A stretch of DNA of 64,000 nucleotides, from positions 544,001 through 608,000 of the forward strand of contig CAXXDN010000002.1 in assembly GCA_963667465.2 (NCBI GenBank). Reading direction: 5' to 3'. The DNA is from Dehalococcoidia bacterium. Lineage in GTDB: Bacteria; Chloroflexota; Dehalococcoidia; UBA2979. A model generated the notes under the pieces. That model did not search any database and was not told where the DNA came from. It was given only the letters and a program-made list of their open reading frames with translations. The position numbers and the translations under genes are program-made. Shown here one piece after another: positions 62,719 through 64,000 of this stretch; the first letter of the stretch is position 1, and each line of letters starts with the position of its first letter.

Positions 62719-63075
62719 CCCCCGCACCCCCGCCCTCTCCGGCGAGGAGACTCTTGCGCAACCTGGCTGCAGGCGTCCCTCTCCTCATTCGCGCGAAAAC
62801 GGGAATCCAGCCCTCTCGCGCGCTCTCCCAGGCGTGCTGGATTCCGGCTTCCGCCGGAATGACGGGAGGGGGAGCCGGAATGGCCGGTTCTGCAACGGTC
62901 TCCCGACGGGAGAGGGGGCGGTCCGGGTGCGAACGTTGAGTGCGCCCTCGATGGTTCCGAGGGGGGCGTGGGGGCGAAGCCCCCACAGGAAGAAAATCCG
63001 AGGGCGGGTGGGTGGGCCGAGCCGCGCGGAGCGCGCTCGTCCGGGATGGGGGCGTGGGGGGCGCAGCCCCCTACA
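62719..63075. repeat. Cluster of REP-like palindromes of at least three types
   Basis: ccctctcc..gggagaggg halves, an inverted tcattc..gggaatccag / ctggattc..ggaatgac pair, and two ggggcgtgggggcg.agcccc elements. Confidence 0.75.
62747..62902. mobile_element. Putative 156-nt MITE with imperfect terminal inverted repeats
   Basis: Left end gagactcttgcgcaacc versus reverse complement of right end gagaccgttgcagaacc (13/17 match). No transposase. Confidence 0.5.
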
Positions 63076-63170
63076 AGAGGACGCGCGCTTGCTCGGTGCC
63101 CCTCGGACCCTTCGGCGTGATCGAGCGCCGCCAAGAGCTGCAAAAGGGTCTCCCGAGGGCAAGGGACAGC

Positions 63171-64000
63171 CTAGGGCCGGCTCATCGGCACGGCCGCCGC
63201 ATCCTCGGGCTCGGTCGCGCCAAGCAGGTCGCCGAGGCTGACGATGCCGTCCTGCTCGACGAGGCGGGCGCGGATCGCGGCCAGCACCGCGTCGTCGAGG
63301 CCCTCGAGGGTGGCGCTGGCGGCGGCGAACAGCTCGGACGTGGGGAGCACGGCGTAGGACGTCGCCTCGGCGGCGACGCGCAGGGCATCGGCGATCGGCG
63401 CCTTGCGCCGATCGGGCGCCTGCAGCCGCTCGCCGTTCGCCACCACGAGGCCGCGCGCCGGGCGGCCCTCCTGCTCGATCCGCTGATCGAGGCGGGCGCG
63501 CAGGCGGTAATGCGGCGCCATCCCGATCGGCTCGACGGAGCCTTCGACTTCGAGCTCGTGCCGGCCCGCGTCGTCGCTCAGCGTGACCAGGCCGTCGCGT
63601 TCGTGGCTGCGGAAGCCGAGCAGCTCCAGGCAGCGCACGACGGCCGGGCGCAGCGCGTGGTTGCCCTCGGTCCAGAGCACGTCGCGCACGCGAGTAAGCT
63701 GCACCAGCTCGCCCTCGGCGGCCTTGCGTTGCGCCTCGGCGCGTTCGACGGCGCTCACCGCCTCGGCGCTCGCCTCCTCCAGCGTCTCGAGGCCGGGCAG
63801 GGGCTGCTGGCGCACCCAGTGCGGCGGGTCGCCGACGGGCAGGTCGAGCAGCTCTCGTGTCGCGGCGAGGATCGAGGACGACTGCTTGCGCCCCGCGTCG
63901 CCGCCGCGGCTGCGCGGGGCGGGCAGGAAGACGACCGTCCCGCCGAGCACGCGGAACTCGACGCCGACGGGCGCGCCTCCGCCGGAACGGGCGATGACCC
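63171..64000 (-). CDS. Hypothetical protein, 3' part (open to the window edge)
   Basis: Frame has no stop up to 64000 and genome-typical codon usage. LEVEG..GLVVANG.R is loosely reminiscent of a PD-(D/E)xK-like fold (weak). Confidence 0.65.
   Translation of the reverse strand, partial: VIARSGGGAPVGVEFRVLGGTVVFLPAPRSRGGDAGRKQSSSILAATRELLDLPVGDPPHWVRQQPLPGLETLEEASAEAVSAVERAEAQRKAAEGELVQLTRVRDVLWTEGNHALRPAVVRCLELLGFRSHERDGLVTLSDDAGRHELEVEGSVEPIGMAPHYRLRARLDQRIEQEGRPARGLVVANGERLQAPDRRKAPIADALRVAAEATSYAVLPTSELFAAASATLEGLDDAVLAAIRARLVEQDGIVSLGDLLGATEPEDAAAVPMSRP

Noticed and set aside
62493-63241. Short ORFs between fabV and the last gene
   Set aside because: They translate palindromic repeats and show no coding signal.

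Overview
High-GC bacterial chromosomal window. Gene content and order (alaS-baseplateJ-like-ruvX-mltG, T-box thrS, aroK-aroB fusion) suggest Chloroflexota, probably Dehalococcoidia-like; the Calx-beta/FN3-rich surface proteins suggest a marine or sponge-associated lifestyle (inference). Positions 1-36.5 kb are mostly housekeeping: xseA, efp, peptidase, aroQ, xerC, topA, dprA, glmU, alaS, ruvX, mltG, moeA, aroKB/C/E, pheST, rplT-rpmI-infC, an acyl-CoA carboxylase pair and thrS. Small accessory inserts sit among them: a VapBC pair whose toxin lacks a canonical start, a DUF5343-like plus Ymh/HEPN-like pair, and a DUF169-like gene with an in-frame UGA at a Cys-type position followed by a SECIS-like hairpin (candidate selenoprotein). 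Positions 36.5-56.2 kb are an accessory block ending at a tRNA-Val with a damaged 3' end. It holds a giant secreted PEP/pyruvate-binding (PPDK-N-like) plus Calx-beta repeat protein and a three-unit tandem array of mosaic FN3 gene plus truncated partner gene cassettes. The right end has tRNA-Lys, tRNA-Leu, oppDF, lepA, a second vapBC, fabV and a nested REP/MITE cluster. All calls come from reading motifs by eye; no searches were run.
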